64,000 bases of DNA, taken from positions 21,745,432-21,809,431 of the forward strand of contig NC_092679.1 in the NCBI RefSeq assembly GCF_964355755.1, given 5' to 3'. Made by a program: the position numbers and the translations under genes. Shown piece by piece: positions 24,170 through 46,300 of the stretch. The notes under the pieces are model-generated. The model worked only from the letters and a program-made list of their open reading frames with translations. It made no database searches and was not told the DNA's origin. The DNA is from Antedon mediterranea (Eukaryota; Animalia; Echinodermata). The stretch's first letter is position 1. Each line of letters opens with the position of its first letter.

Positions 24170-26385
24170 TCAAAAATGGCCAAAATATTGACTTTTTAAA
24201 ATTCAATTATTATACATTGGCATATATACACATATATTGCGTTATCAACATCTTAGAGACACATAGTAACCAGTTATATAAAAAAATAAAAAGGTCGAAA
24301 TTTAGGTATTTTTTGAAAAAATCCCTGTACTATAGTACAGGGAAATTTTCGAAAAATGGCCGATTTTCGACCCTTTTATTTTTTGTCATAAGTGGTTACT
24401 ATTGCATAATAAACATGCGCAGAGGCGAATAATGGGTTATGCGCATGTCAATCGTGCTATAGTAACCAGTTTTGACATAAATGGTTACTATAGCATAATA
24501 AACATGCGCAGAGTCGACTAATGGGTTCTGTGCATGTTAATTGTGCTATAGTAACCAGTTTTATCGAAAAATAAAAAGGTCGAAAATTGGCCATTTTTTT
24601 GAAAAAATCCCTGTACTATAGTAAAGGGAAATTTTCGAAAAATTGCCGATTTTCGACCCTTTTATTTGTTGACATAAATGGTTACTATTGCATAATAACA
24701 TGCGCAGAGACAAATAATGGGTTATGCGCATGTCAGTTGTGCTATAGTAACCAGTTTTGACATAAATGGTTACTATAGCATAATAAACATGCGCAGAGTC
24801 GACTAATGTCGGCAATTTTTCGAAAATTTCCCTGTACTATAGTACAGGGATTTTTTCAAAAAAATGGCCAATTTTCGACCTTTTTATTTTTCGATAAAAC
24901 TGGTTACTATAGCACAATTAACATGCACAGAGACAAATAATGGGTTCTGCGCATGTCAGTTGTGCTATAGTAACCAGTTTTGACATAAATGGTTACTATA
25001 GCATAGTAAACATGCGCAGAGTCGACTAATGGGTTCTGCGCATGTCAAATGTGCTATAGTAAGCAGTTTTATCGAAAAATAAAAAGGTCGAAAAATGGCC
25101 GATTTTCAACCCTTTTATTTTTTGACATAAATGGTTACTATTGCATAATAAACATGCGCAGAGACAAATAATGGGTTCTGCGCATGTCAGTTGGTCTATA
25201 GTAACCAGTTTTGACATAAATGGTTACTATAGCATAGTAAACATGCGCAGAGTCGACTAATGGGTTCTGCGCATGTCAAATGTGCTATAGTAACCAGTTT
25301 TATTGAAAAATAAAAAGGTCGAAAATTGGCCCTTTTTTTTTAAAATCCCTGTACTATAGTACAGGGAAATTTTCGAAAAATGACCGATTTTCGACCCTTT
25401 TATTTTTTGACATAAATGGTTACTATTGCATAATAAACATACGCAGAGACGACTAATGGGTTCTGCGCATGTTAATTGTGCTATAGTAACCAGTTTTATT
25501 GAAAAATAAAAAGGTCGAAAATTGGCCATTTTAAAAAAAAAATCCCTGTACTATAGTACAGGGAAATTTTCGAAAAATGACCGATTTTCGCCCCTTTTAT
25601 TTTTTGACATAAATGGTTACTATTGCATAATAAACATACGCAGAGACGACTAATGGGTTCTGCGCATGTTAATTGTGCTATAGTAACTAGTTTTATAGAA
25701 CTATAGTACAGGGAAATTTTCGAAAAATGGCCGATTTCCGACCCTTTTTTTTTTTACATAAATGGTTACTATTGCATAACAAACATGCGCAGAGTCGACT
25801 AATAGGTTCTGCGCATGTAAATTGTGCTATAGTAACCAGTTTTATCGAAAATAAAAAGGTCGAAAATTTGCCATTTTTTTGAAAAATGGCCGATTTTCGA
25901 CCCTTTTATTTTTTGACATAAGTGGTTACTATTGCATAATAAACATGCGCAGAGGCAAATAATGGGTTATGCGCATGTTAATTGTGCAATATTAACCAGT
26001 TTTATCGAAAAATAAAAAGGTAGAAAATTGGCAATTTTTTGAAAAAATCCCTGTACTATAGTACAGGGAAATTTTCGAAAAATGGCCGATTTTCGACCCT
26101 TTTATTTTTGGACATAAATGGTTACTATAGCATAATAAACATGCGCAGAGTCGACTAATGGGTTCTGCGCATGTTATTGTGCTATAGTAACCAGTTTTAT
26201 CGAAAAAATAAAAAGGTCAGGGATTTTTTTTAAATGGCAAGAATATCGACTTTTTAAAATTCAATTATTATGCAATAATATTGGCATATATGCACATATA
26301 TTGCGTTATCAACATCTTAGAGACACATAGTAACCAGTTATATCAAAAAATAAAAGGTCGAAATTTGGGTATTTTTCGAAAACAA
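24170..26385. repeat. Modular palindromic satellite (~89-bp and ~107-bp hairpin modules, ~196-bp composite unit) bounded by ~150-bp direct repeats
   Basis: Perfect 20-bp palindrome CCCTGTACTATAGTACAGGG at 24323, 24830, 25347, 25544 and 26049; stem ACATGCGCAGA..TCTGCGCATGT repeated >10 times; flanks ~24170-24320 and ~26230-26385 are direct repeats. Confidence 0.9.
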
Positions 26386-27486
26386 ATCCCCGTTTTCATG
26401 TTAAATTCAATCAACCTAACAAGCACCACGCAGTGGCTGCACGAAGCCTACATCACTAGCATTGTCCAGCCTAGTTCATGCCCCAACTATCACAACAATC
26501 AATACTTTGCATCTGGCTACTAAAATAAGCGCAAAATTATTGATATACTATAACAGCATATAATAGTTTTGCCACTTTGATTGTAATATCAAAATCAAAA
26601 GAATGTAATGGGTGAAATGATAACAGAAAAAAAGAACAAAAACGATATAACTGTATATAGCACAATCGTGATGACGGCTTATTATAAGTTAAATAGAGTT
26701 ATAAATAATATGTTATAGTAAAATTAGATTATATAATCAGAAAAAGATTGTAGAGCGTGAAATGATAATAGAAAAAGCGAAAAATACAACGATATAATTT
26801 AGATATAGTGAGAAGTTATTATAGACCTTTTAATTAAAGTTTAATAGTTATAAATGATATAATAAGTGAAAAAATCAAATTAGTTTAGGAAAAGTTAATT
26901 ATTAAACGAATGTAAGGTGAAAAAAAAGAAAAAACACCAAAGTGATAAAATATTAAACCGTAGTGAATATTATAAGCATATTAGTAAAGGGTTAATAAAA
27001 GTATAGGTCTGAATAACAAAACAATGAAAAAACGTAAAGGCTTATGCCTACCGGAGTTCAAAATATTAACAATAGGATGAAATTGAAATATACATTCTTT
27101 AAAAAATATAATTAATTCATAACTTTAAAATTAATAATTTGTAATCTTTGAAATTATCTATAGTAGGCCTATTATATCACACTGAATAACGAGACTTTTT
27201 TATAATAAAAAGTACAAAATAGACCTACAAAATACATTTTCTCAATTTTGTGAACGATAAATATTCTTTTGCTCTCATGTAGACAAACAAACAACTGTTT
27301 TATCACATAATTATGTAGGCCTAGTATTCCCAGTAGCATTATCTAAACTGTCAAGTGATTAGGCCTATTGGGCCGTTCAATAGACGAACAAAATCCTGGT
27401 TATACGTGGGTTTTGGACACTTTGTTCTTCACATCACGTATAGTAAGGAATATTAATCAGAAACGGATTTAAGTAAACGTTTTTAA

Positions 27487-27565
27487 TAGTGTTAAAGATA
27501 GTGCAATAGTGCCAAAGATAGTGCAATAGTGCCAAAGATAGTGCAATAGTGCCAAAAATAGTGCG
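27487..27565. repeat. 20-bp minisatellite (atagtgcaatagtgccaaag) x ~3.5
   Basis: Direct inspection. Confidence 0.8.
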
Positions 27566-28203
27566 TCTACACTATCTTTAGTGCTAATATTGTACTAACT
27601 CCACCATATTATGAGGAAATCCAGAATAAAGGGGTCGTAACCTAATAATTTTAAAAGAACTATTTCAAGAGAATTTTAACATTCCGGATGGATAATAAAA
27701 TACAAAGGAATTATTGTGTCAATAAAAATTAATGAATTACTGTACAGAAAGGGTCTTTATTACCCGCCTACAAGTAGTTGAAATGAATAGGCCAGCGGGT
27801 TTCTCACATCAGAGTTGGCTATTGGAACAACCGAGTAAATAGGCCTAAGTACAATATACAGAGAGGAGAGAAAATTATAAAGTTTTATACACCAGATCCC
27901 AACATAACCATGACATAACATAGCATTATATTTCCAATATCATGGGCAAATTGTGTAATACAGTATTACGTGTAAGGTTAAACGTATAACCTATAATACA
28001 GACGACACATGTGATACATGTGACACTGTATTACAGAATGAGCGTATGATACTATACAAGACAAGTATATACAGTAACTAGAATGCTGTTAATCGTTTTT
28101 GTGGGGGATATGTACAGTACAGTATAACCGTTAATCCACGCGTGGTTAAAAGACGGACTGGATTATATCCGGGAAATAAACGTGATTGCCCAATTTACCT
28201 ATG

Positions 28204-28524
28204 TTTTTTTTTTTTTTTTTTTTTTTATCTTTATACTGGGTAACCTCTTCAGTCAAAGACTGATCTCCCAGAGGGCCCAGTTGGTGATCAGTGGCTGTGA
28301 TGTACTAATACACCGGGGTAACCCCCTACTCATCTCGAAAGATGTACTAGGTTCTTTAAAGTGCACACGAGCAAGTTGTGTACACTGGACCTACGGTTTA
28401 TAGTCCTTATCCGAGAAGACTCGTTCTACCACCAGAACCATGGAGTGAGTGAGCCTCGAATTCCTGCCGATGTTATGGCTACGTGATTACAGTTCCACTG
28501 TCTTAACCGCTCGGCCACTCACTC
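28204..28524 (-). mobile_element. Full-length tRNA-derived SINE with Deu/Nin-like central domain and poly(A) tail
   Basis: Minus strand: A box GTGGCCGAGCGGTTAAG, B-box-like ATTCGAGGC, central GGATAAGGACTATAAACCGTAGGTCC..CACTTTAAAGAACC..GAGTAGGGGGTTACCCCGGTGT resembling the Deu-domain core of AmnSINE1/DeuSINEs as I recall it; T-run 28204-28226 is the A tail. Confidence 0.75.
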
Positions 28525-29434
28525 ACTCTAATCAAACAAAAAGAAACAAACATAGTAGGCCTATGGAGTGGGAAACAATCATAAATGTCACAGTGTGCGT
28601 AGGTCGGCTAATTGTTACTCAGTGGTCTTCCCATGTTAAACATATTTATATTTTTCTTCCTTTCTCAAAGAGGGAATTGGGGAGAGAGGGGGTGTGCGCG
28701 AATCATTCATTGCTATCAAAGGTCTATAAAATTATACAGTTGCAACTCCATGTTTAACAGATGATCCCAGCTATAATTAAACAGTAACCTATAAATACAA
28801 ATTCTTTCAAAACATTCCGTCAGGAGGATCTCGGACCTGAACCGGCTGGAATGGGCTACATCATTTATCATTGGGTTACGTTTTGAAAATTCATAACAAA
28901 AAGAAAACATGCATTACAATTAAAAAGTACAGTATACAAAGTTAAAAAAAAGACATTTAAATGTTATACTCAAAAGTTATATTTTTAATTACTATCCATT
29001 TCAAAATATACACAATCTTAGTCAAACCTGTTCCAAACAGAAGTTACAATGATTAGAATAAAGAATGATAAACTTGAGCGTAGAGAAAATACCGTCCTGA
29101 ATAAACTATATATATTTTCTATTTGTACGAAAGACTATACTTGTATATATTAAAACAAAAGTTATTTTAGACTATAAGATGGTTGTTTTAAAACATGATA
29201 ATACTAAGTATTGAAAAGAAGATTTATTAATTATTGTACTACTTTATGTTTCTAAAAAGTCATAATAAAACTACTATAAGTTGAAATAAACAATCTGCAA
29301 GCCTGGTATCGAGTAATAAGGACTTTGAAAACACACAACCGTATGGGAGTTAGCATATTAACCATCAGCACTGTGAATAGTCACAGAAGCTATATCAATT
29401 CAGTTTGGTTTTAAGCACGCACAGATGATAATTA

Positions 29435-29750
29435 CGATATGTTGCTTTATATCGCGCATTGCATGCAACATCTTTGATATCGCATCGTTCAAATTATTTT
29501 ATATCACATTATGTAAAGTTTTAATATCGCACCATACAACATCTTGACATCGCATTGTGCTTAGTAATTGATATCACATCGTGCAAAATCTTGATATCGC
29601 ATCGTGCGAAATCTAGATATCGTATCATGCGAAATCTAGATATCGTATCGTGCGAAATCTTAATAACGCATCATGCAACATTTTTTGACATCGCATGCTG
29701 TGCAAAGTATTTGATATCGCATCAAGATGCAGTTATTTATATCGCATCGT
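29435..29750. repeat. Degenerate ~22-bp tandem repeat (gatatcgcatcgtgcgaaatctt-like), ~13 copies
   Basis: atatcgcatc motif recurs at ~21-23 bp period. Confidence 0.7.
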
Positions 29751-30119
29751 TTTTAGTCCATATTACACAAATATCAAATGAATTGCTGATACATTGTATA
29801 ACAAATGTTTAAAATATGCTAGTTTGAAAAACAACAGCGGTTCAACTGTTGAAAGGAATACAGACGATAGTATTGAAATAATCATAATTATATTGCTATT
29901 ATGCAGGCAAGTAATTTGAATATATGTTAATGAATACAATACACCTGTATTACAGTAGTTATGTTATCAAAGGAATATTTTTATATCTGATCAGTAATCT
30001 GTGAATTATTATTATTAATATATTATGATTTTAGTTTAGGACAAAAATAATTTAAATATTAATTTAAATTAATTTATTATACTGAACAAGTCAAGGCGCC
30101 ATGTTATACATACTGTAAA

Positions 30120-30287
30120 GTATGTGACACTGTATTACAGAAGTTGCCTATGATACAGGTGGCACATGTGATACATATGTGAAACTGCATTACATAATTC
30201 GCCTACAGTATGATACTGGTGTCGCATGTGATACATATGTGACACTGTATTACATAACTTGCCTATGATACTGGTGACACTGTATTG
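30120..30287. repeat. Degenerate ~56-60-bp tandem repeat x3 (gtgacactgtattaca..gcctatgatac..cacatgtgatacatat); related copy at ~28005-28052
   Basis: Direct inspection. Confidence 0.6.
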
Positions 30288-31969
30288 GTATTGGTAAAAA
30301 TTGGTAAAATTCAGTTACTGCAGTAACTGCAGTAGAGGAATCTTGACCTGGTCCAAAGCGCACCTTTGAAACATCTAATATTATAACCGACAATATATAT
30401 ATATATATATATACCAAAAATACAGTTATAGAAACACTGTTATGGGTGGAAGACATCTAAAAGCACTGTTACCAATAACTTTTAATAAAATATCACATTC
30501 ATTACTTGTTAATTTACTGTATATAAACATTAAAATCATACGCTACCCCAATGGAATGTTACATATAGAGAATGGTTTACGACACCGATTTGGAAATGCA
30601 CCTATTTGGATGGAGTTTTCAAGAATCAGTTACACAACATTTGTAAAATTAATTTACAAATTACAAGGTTAGCTTGGAAGAAATTTCTTTTTACAGATGA
30701 AATATTTCTCTCTTTTTCCAAATTATTATCAAATCATAACCATAACATTATATTAATTTATTAAATATGTTTCTTCAGCCCATAAATATTATTTATTAGC
30801 AGTTTGTTCTAGTCAATGGTTCTGACGTGATTAGCATTACAAATGTATTATAGAAGAAATTATTGAAGGGTTAGTGCAGACATGTTCATGTAAAAGCTTC
30901 ACACAAATATTAATCAACCTCAATAAAATATTTTAATTTCGTTTAAATAGATAATGAGTAGGTAATCAACTATGAATTTTTTAACGAGGAAATCAATAAT
31001 TCCTAATTTCATCAGATGATTCAACTTTGACATGTTTATACTGTGTGGACACACCCTTATACCGTGTGGACACACCCTTTCTTCCTTCCTGGAATTCCTA
31101 GCCTTAATTACATTATTACACACAACATTATTACACATTCATCTACAAAAACATTATCGGGGACCCCCCCCCCCTCCCCCCGAAGTAGTTAATAAACATT
31201 TTTTTTAAACATTATTTATTATTATTATAATATTATTTACAATTCATGATTTTGAACCTTCACACCAGACTAACTCTAATTTTCCTAGTAACTTTCCTGT
31301 ATTCAGATTATTTTAGATTTATAGAGTAAATAATTTTCCATAAATACCTTTAGGACTGATAGTTTGAGGAAGTATAATATTGCTACGGTTTGAAATTGAT
31401 ATCATTTTTATCCTTACTACAAAATGTCAGCATCTTTTTTCGTTTTTTTTTGGTATAAGTAAAATTAATTAGAATAATAAATTTTAATTTTAAGTAGAAA
31501 AAAATCATGCCCAGCAATTTTGATATGAATAAGATGAACTTTTTTTAGCGTTTGAGAATCTAAAGTTAAATTACTGAAGTATGTTTTCATGTTTACTGCA
31601 GTAACATAACTGATAATTCTGCGTATATTACTAAATCAAACCTGATATAGTAATTACTTTTTTGATTAGCATCAGCAGTGAATTTCAGTATCCCAGTACA
31701 AGTTGCCATGGTGATGTCAATCATACACGTAGTCACATCGATTTTCTGCAACATGAACTTGAATCAATGTGATTGCGTAATTCATGAAAACTAATTTCCA
31801 TGGTAACTAATTAAGCAATCAGGTTTTCGGAGAAGATACTTATTCATAAAACCAATAAACTGCATATTGCTACCTATCCCAGGTGGTAATGATATAGTGT
31901 ACTGTATTCCAATTATATGTACAAGTTCAGTTTGTGTCATTTGCATAAACACATGTATATTAGCATAAT

Positions 31970-40838
<8,869 letters not shown>

Positions 40839-43338
40839 GTTTGCTATTTATTCCAATTCCAATGTCAGAAACTAGTATTTTTCCTTGGTTTTTAAGCAGG
40901 CGACTAAGTTCAAATACGCACCTCTCTACACCGCGACTGTGTTTATGAGACGGCAACTGACCTGTTATTAAAGAGTTTGTGCTTCCTGGTCTAGTCTTCC
41001 ACATTCCAGACGTCGATCATCACGTTTCGTTTGAGAAAAATGTTTTTTTTTTTGTTGAATTGAAAGTTTCTTTATTTTTTTTAAATTTTATTCCACATTT
41101 ATTTAGTCATCAATTACAGTACATCATAATTACAGTACAACTGAGAACAGGGATCCTGCATAAAAGAGCTGTAGCTTCGTTTTTTTGTAGGACGCTTTTA
41201 CATAAGAACAAGTATATAGAACTTAAATAAACAAAGGTGTTGTTTCAACGGAATTTATCATTAATAAAAATACATAAATACGTAATATAACGGGCGCGCA
41301 ATGTGTATAAGATTCTTTCAATGTATGTAATAAATAAACTGAAACAAGTTTTGAAACTCAAGGAATAATACTTTATCATCATTAATAATAGTGGGGTTTT
41401 TAAATGTGACGTCATAAGATAACTTGGGCCTTTCTTTAGCCTGTTTCTAAGATAGATTTTGTATTTTTTCCTAGAACTGACTTTTCAAGGACCATTCACT
41501 TAAAGAGAAGAACATTGCTCACAGACACCCCTGAGCTTGATAGTTCAGAAGAGAAAAAGATACATAATTTAAAACAAATTTTATAGGAGATGCATTTTTT
41601 TAAAACGTGAAAATGAAAGTTCTGAAACGCCTACGCACGAGGCCTACTAAAACCGCGTGTTAAATAATGTCATTATAAATCATAAAATAACGTGACGTCA
41701 TAATAAATTTCAACATTCGACTATCTCGGACATTCTCTATTCATTTGGATCAAGGATTTTCCAGGTTTGCTACGATTTATTTTGTAATTTTGTTTCTTAG
41801 TTTTTGAAAAATGATTTCTCAAACTCTTTTGGATTTTTTTTTGGCATTTCTGTAAAGGAACATTTAATTATGGCGTTCTTGTTGGGAGGAGAATTGATTT
41901 TGAAAGATTAAACTTATAAAGACCTCTACTCCGATTGAGTTACGAAATGACAAGTGTGACCCCGGTTGTGACATTTATGTCACAATTCAATGTGCATGAC
42001 GTCACTTTCACGGCATATTGTTTATTGCACTGTTTCGGTTTTATTTGACCACAAATAAAACGTATCTGCACGTAGGCCTACCTGGTGACCATGACTAGTT
42101 CAATTTAATTGTGTTCTTTTTTAAAAAGATAATTTTGTACGTGTGTTTGTCGTCCATTTGTGAAGCGGATTGGATATATGGAGCGTCAAAAAAACGCCAA
42201 AAACAAATGCAAGAAAAGGTGGTTGACGCTCCATACCTTTTTGCAAACGCAAAGTTAAGCTTGGTTCCCACGCAAGGAAGTAAACGCAACGCAAGCGTGT
42301 TGACCATTGACAAGCGAAGTTCAAATAATCCATCGTATTAAATGTTTGTTTGTACTGTATTTGCGCCACGGCACCAAAGGTGAAGCGCCTATGAATTACG
42401 TCACACTTACGAACCTTTCTTGGAAAAAATTCGCGGGTCGTTAGATAGACCAACAACCTTGTTTTGTACTTTCGATTTTCTCGAGCAATTAAGGAACCTT
42501 ATGTGATTATATTTAAGTACATGTTCAAAAACTTTCCCGTCTCAGGAAATTACACTTTTTTGGGGAACTTGTCTTATCGCGATTGCAAGGAAGTGACACA
42601 CATTAATATTCCTCGTAACGATTTGTTTGAATTGATTGATCGTTACAAAAACAATTAAATGAAAGAGAAGGCCAAATGTGACTTTTTATTGCTTTTAAAT
42701 ACTGCAAATAGGAAACTCTTGATCAAAAAAAGTATGCGATTGTGTTTTTCACGCTTCACTGACTTTCAAACGAGTACGCGTCATACTCCAACAATAGAGG
42801 GCTCACTTCTACAAATTTCTATCTTATAATTAATATCATGGAAATTCTAAAAAGTCTGGGAGGGGAGGGGATAGTAAGAAGCTACTTTGTAAGGTATTTG
42901 AACGAAAAGGAAAACATTTTCAGTCACAAAAAGTTGGATAGTGTAGACAGAGCTTTGCACATTTCATATACAGTCCTAACATTCATCCTCCCAGTGCCAC
43001 CCCGCATTTTTTTTATACAAAACAAATTTTAGTTATAAAACAAATTTGTAAGTTTTACAAAAAATTCATAAATACATCTTTATTCACTTTTTCAATGAAA
43101 ATGAATGGTAGATTCACATTTGTTTTTGTATCATGATTTTGTTATAAAACAAAATTTTACAAAATCCTTTAAGTACAAAATAAATAAAATGGTCTATTAG
43201 ACCTATTCATGATTACATTCTGTTATTTTTTACAGGTCTTTGTGGAAAATGAAATATTAAGAGACTTCATAAAAGCATTGCCAAATAATAGAGGGCGATA
43301 TGAAACAAAAGCCATTACAAAAACCGAAATATAAAATG

Positions 43339-46300
43339 TCACCAGATATCACCAACCCATACATTCGGAATATCAAGTGGGTTTTTATAAGACGACAAAC
43401 CGCGTCGCTTTCCAAACACTTTCATCTGCTTATTCAAAATCGCAAATTTCGACGACTCCAAAGTATACGCCATTAAGTTCTTTGAAACGTTTCTTTTCTT
43501 GAGTAAAAACGGCAAACGCGGTTTGAAACCATCCACGCAAAATTCTATCGAAAGATTAATATTCATATTTCTAACTTTTATATTCCTGTTGACGATAAAA
43601 CTATCTTCTATACATCGTTTGTGGTTATATCTATTTTGTTTCCTTGTTGAATTATGTTTTTTATCCTCCGAAACCTTTAAGCGCAATTTATTTTTAAGTT
43701 TGTACATTTCCATCGGTGCGATTTGCTTTTCTTCTTGTCTTAACCAATGTTGAACGCCGACCGACGCATTCATCGTGTTTGAAAAACTGTCTCCAAAATA
43801 TTCAGAAAATGTCCTATATAAATTAGCGTGTTTGTTACCGCTTGACCCTTGACCTATTAAAGGGTCAGTTTGTTTGTCTACGTCGGGACTAGAACTGGAG
43901 CAAGGTGACAATAGTGGACTCGATGGTTCAAGAAAAACATCTGTCGTCAGTTTTGAGTGCAACAGTAAATCTGCAGCTACCTTTAAATTTTAAATGAGAA
44001 AAAAGACATTCATTCGAGGTAGTGGTGCATGACCAATTAGGGGGCGTGGCTTTAAACTGACATATCTGATTGGCTGCTTGAATGCAGCTATGGGAGTATT
44101 GCCATAATGGATCATTCAAAAAAACATTTATTTGTTCAACAATGGCATATTTTTTAACAGTATAATATATAGGTCACTGGTGTGTACATTATTTAAATGA
44201 AAACATGGTAATAAGCCATCATTTGGGGTCTTCTCTAGAAGAAATCAAGTTTCTTGTCTCGAGAAAGACCCCAGAAACATATATCTTAGATTTCAATTGA
44301 GTCAGGTGTCATTAACCCTTATAAATTCTGGAAGATTTCAATACGGCTGACTTATTAGTTATAGTAATCTTGTTTTATTTAGCAGCCCCTGACCAATTCT
44401 CTTTTTGTTTGTTTTAAATTATTGTTTGTTGTTCAAATAAATAAAATAATAACAATATTTTTTATTGGCTTTATAGGTTTAATGTATGGAGAACCAATAG
44501 AAAATACTAATTTACATGCATGGTCAATCATGGCTGTAGAAAAATGTACACATGGATGACCATGCTAACATCATCTTCCTTTATTTATACTGTACTCTTG
44601 GCTCTTGGGTGGGAGAGGGGTGGGGGGGGGGGGGGGGGAAGACAAAAACATAGTCTAAGCGATAAGCCTAAGAAAACATAATTGTATCATCATGATGTTG
44701 TTGTAACATTACCTGTAGAGCGCCAAGTACTTTTCTTGCGTCGTTCTGATTTGAATAATTTGAGACAGACGTGTCTTGTAGAAACATGAATAAACTTGGC
44801 ATGTAAGGTGCCATGTTTGGCAGTAGAATTGATTCAAGTGCCTAGTGATATACAAATATTAACACGTTTTAATTTCCCAGCAGGCAGACTTTATTTGTAT
44901 ATAGGCCACTATAAGATTTGTAGCTCTTTAGGCCTTCCACAGGTAAAATAAATATTTTATAATTGACTAAAGTAAAATAACTTAAGCCTTAATTGACTAA
45001 TCGTTTTATCACATCAACAAATAATCAACAAGAATAACATTAAAACATGACTAAAGATTAGCTTTTTTTCTACAGAAGTGATTTAACTTTATTAAAACTA
45101 CAAAATGACCTATTCAAAATCATCTGATTTTTATTTTTCATGTTTTTGTGGGAAATACATCTTTAAGTCATATAAATAAATACATTTTAACAAACCTGTG
45201 GCCCTAAGACTGTCAAGCCCATGATAGCACCGTATTGTGAACATAGTGATCTGAGTGGGTCTGTGAAAACCTGCTCAAACATCGCTCCTAACTGTTGGTG
45301 AATACTTTCTGCATGCAACTCCAAAGATCTATAAACAAATATTTTAATAGCCTCCATTTTAAATACAATAACTTTTTATATTTTAAATATCAACCATTCT
45401 TACAGATGAAAATTAATATTTAAGTATAATTAATTTACATTACTAACCTCAAAGTCTTGGCCAGGATTAACGAGGCGTAGTCACGCAGTAGCCAATGATC
45501 ATTGAGAGGGTTGAGTGACGCAGTCAGTGGTTCCAACATACAGTGTACCAATGAAGTCACCAAAACATTTAACTTTATTGTAAAAAAATTCAAAAACTGG
45601 ATTTTAAAAGGCATTCACACATCCAACAACAGCAAACAAATTAATCATAAAAAATTATAACATTATATAATTATTATATAAATTACAAAACGGATAAACT
45701 ACATCATTATATCATGCTTATAGTCTTATTTGAAGCTTAGGGAGTGGAGCATTTTTATAGTTTAAACTGTACGCGAGTTATAACCATAGAACTAGGTCAG
45801 GATTGAACCTTAAACCTTGGGTTTGGAAGGCAACCACATTAACCCACCAAACTACAGTTGCACAATGATTAGATGACCTCAATATGTACACTTACATTAC
45901 TTTTTTTTACACCTCTGTTCATGGGACACCTCTATTAAGAGTAAATAAAATAAGGGGCAATATATGTTTACTACTTCAAACTACTACAGCAAACCCCTAT
46001 TCAAGGGACACTGCTATTAAGTGGACATTTTTCTGTTAAAAAAAATTAGGTGCAATATATGTATAACACTAAGGCAAACCCCTATTCAGGGGACACCCCT
46101 ATTAAAGGGACATTTTTATTAGGGACCTAAAAATGTATCCTTATTATTGGTTCTATTGTACTTACATATGGACCAAGAAAAAGACTTTGGTTGTTCACCA
46201 ATGACTGCAAAATGTGAAGCATTTTATTAATCTGTGTTAAACTGTGGCTGACTTTACTTAAGTTGCTGGAGACAAAGTTGAGAAGGAATGGCAGTAGGCT

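Noticed and set aside
24170-26385. CRISPR array or LTR element
   Set aside because: No variable spacers; the direct repeats lack evident TG..CA ends, PBS, PPT or coding sequence. Short ORFs here are repeat artefacts
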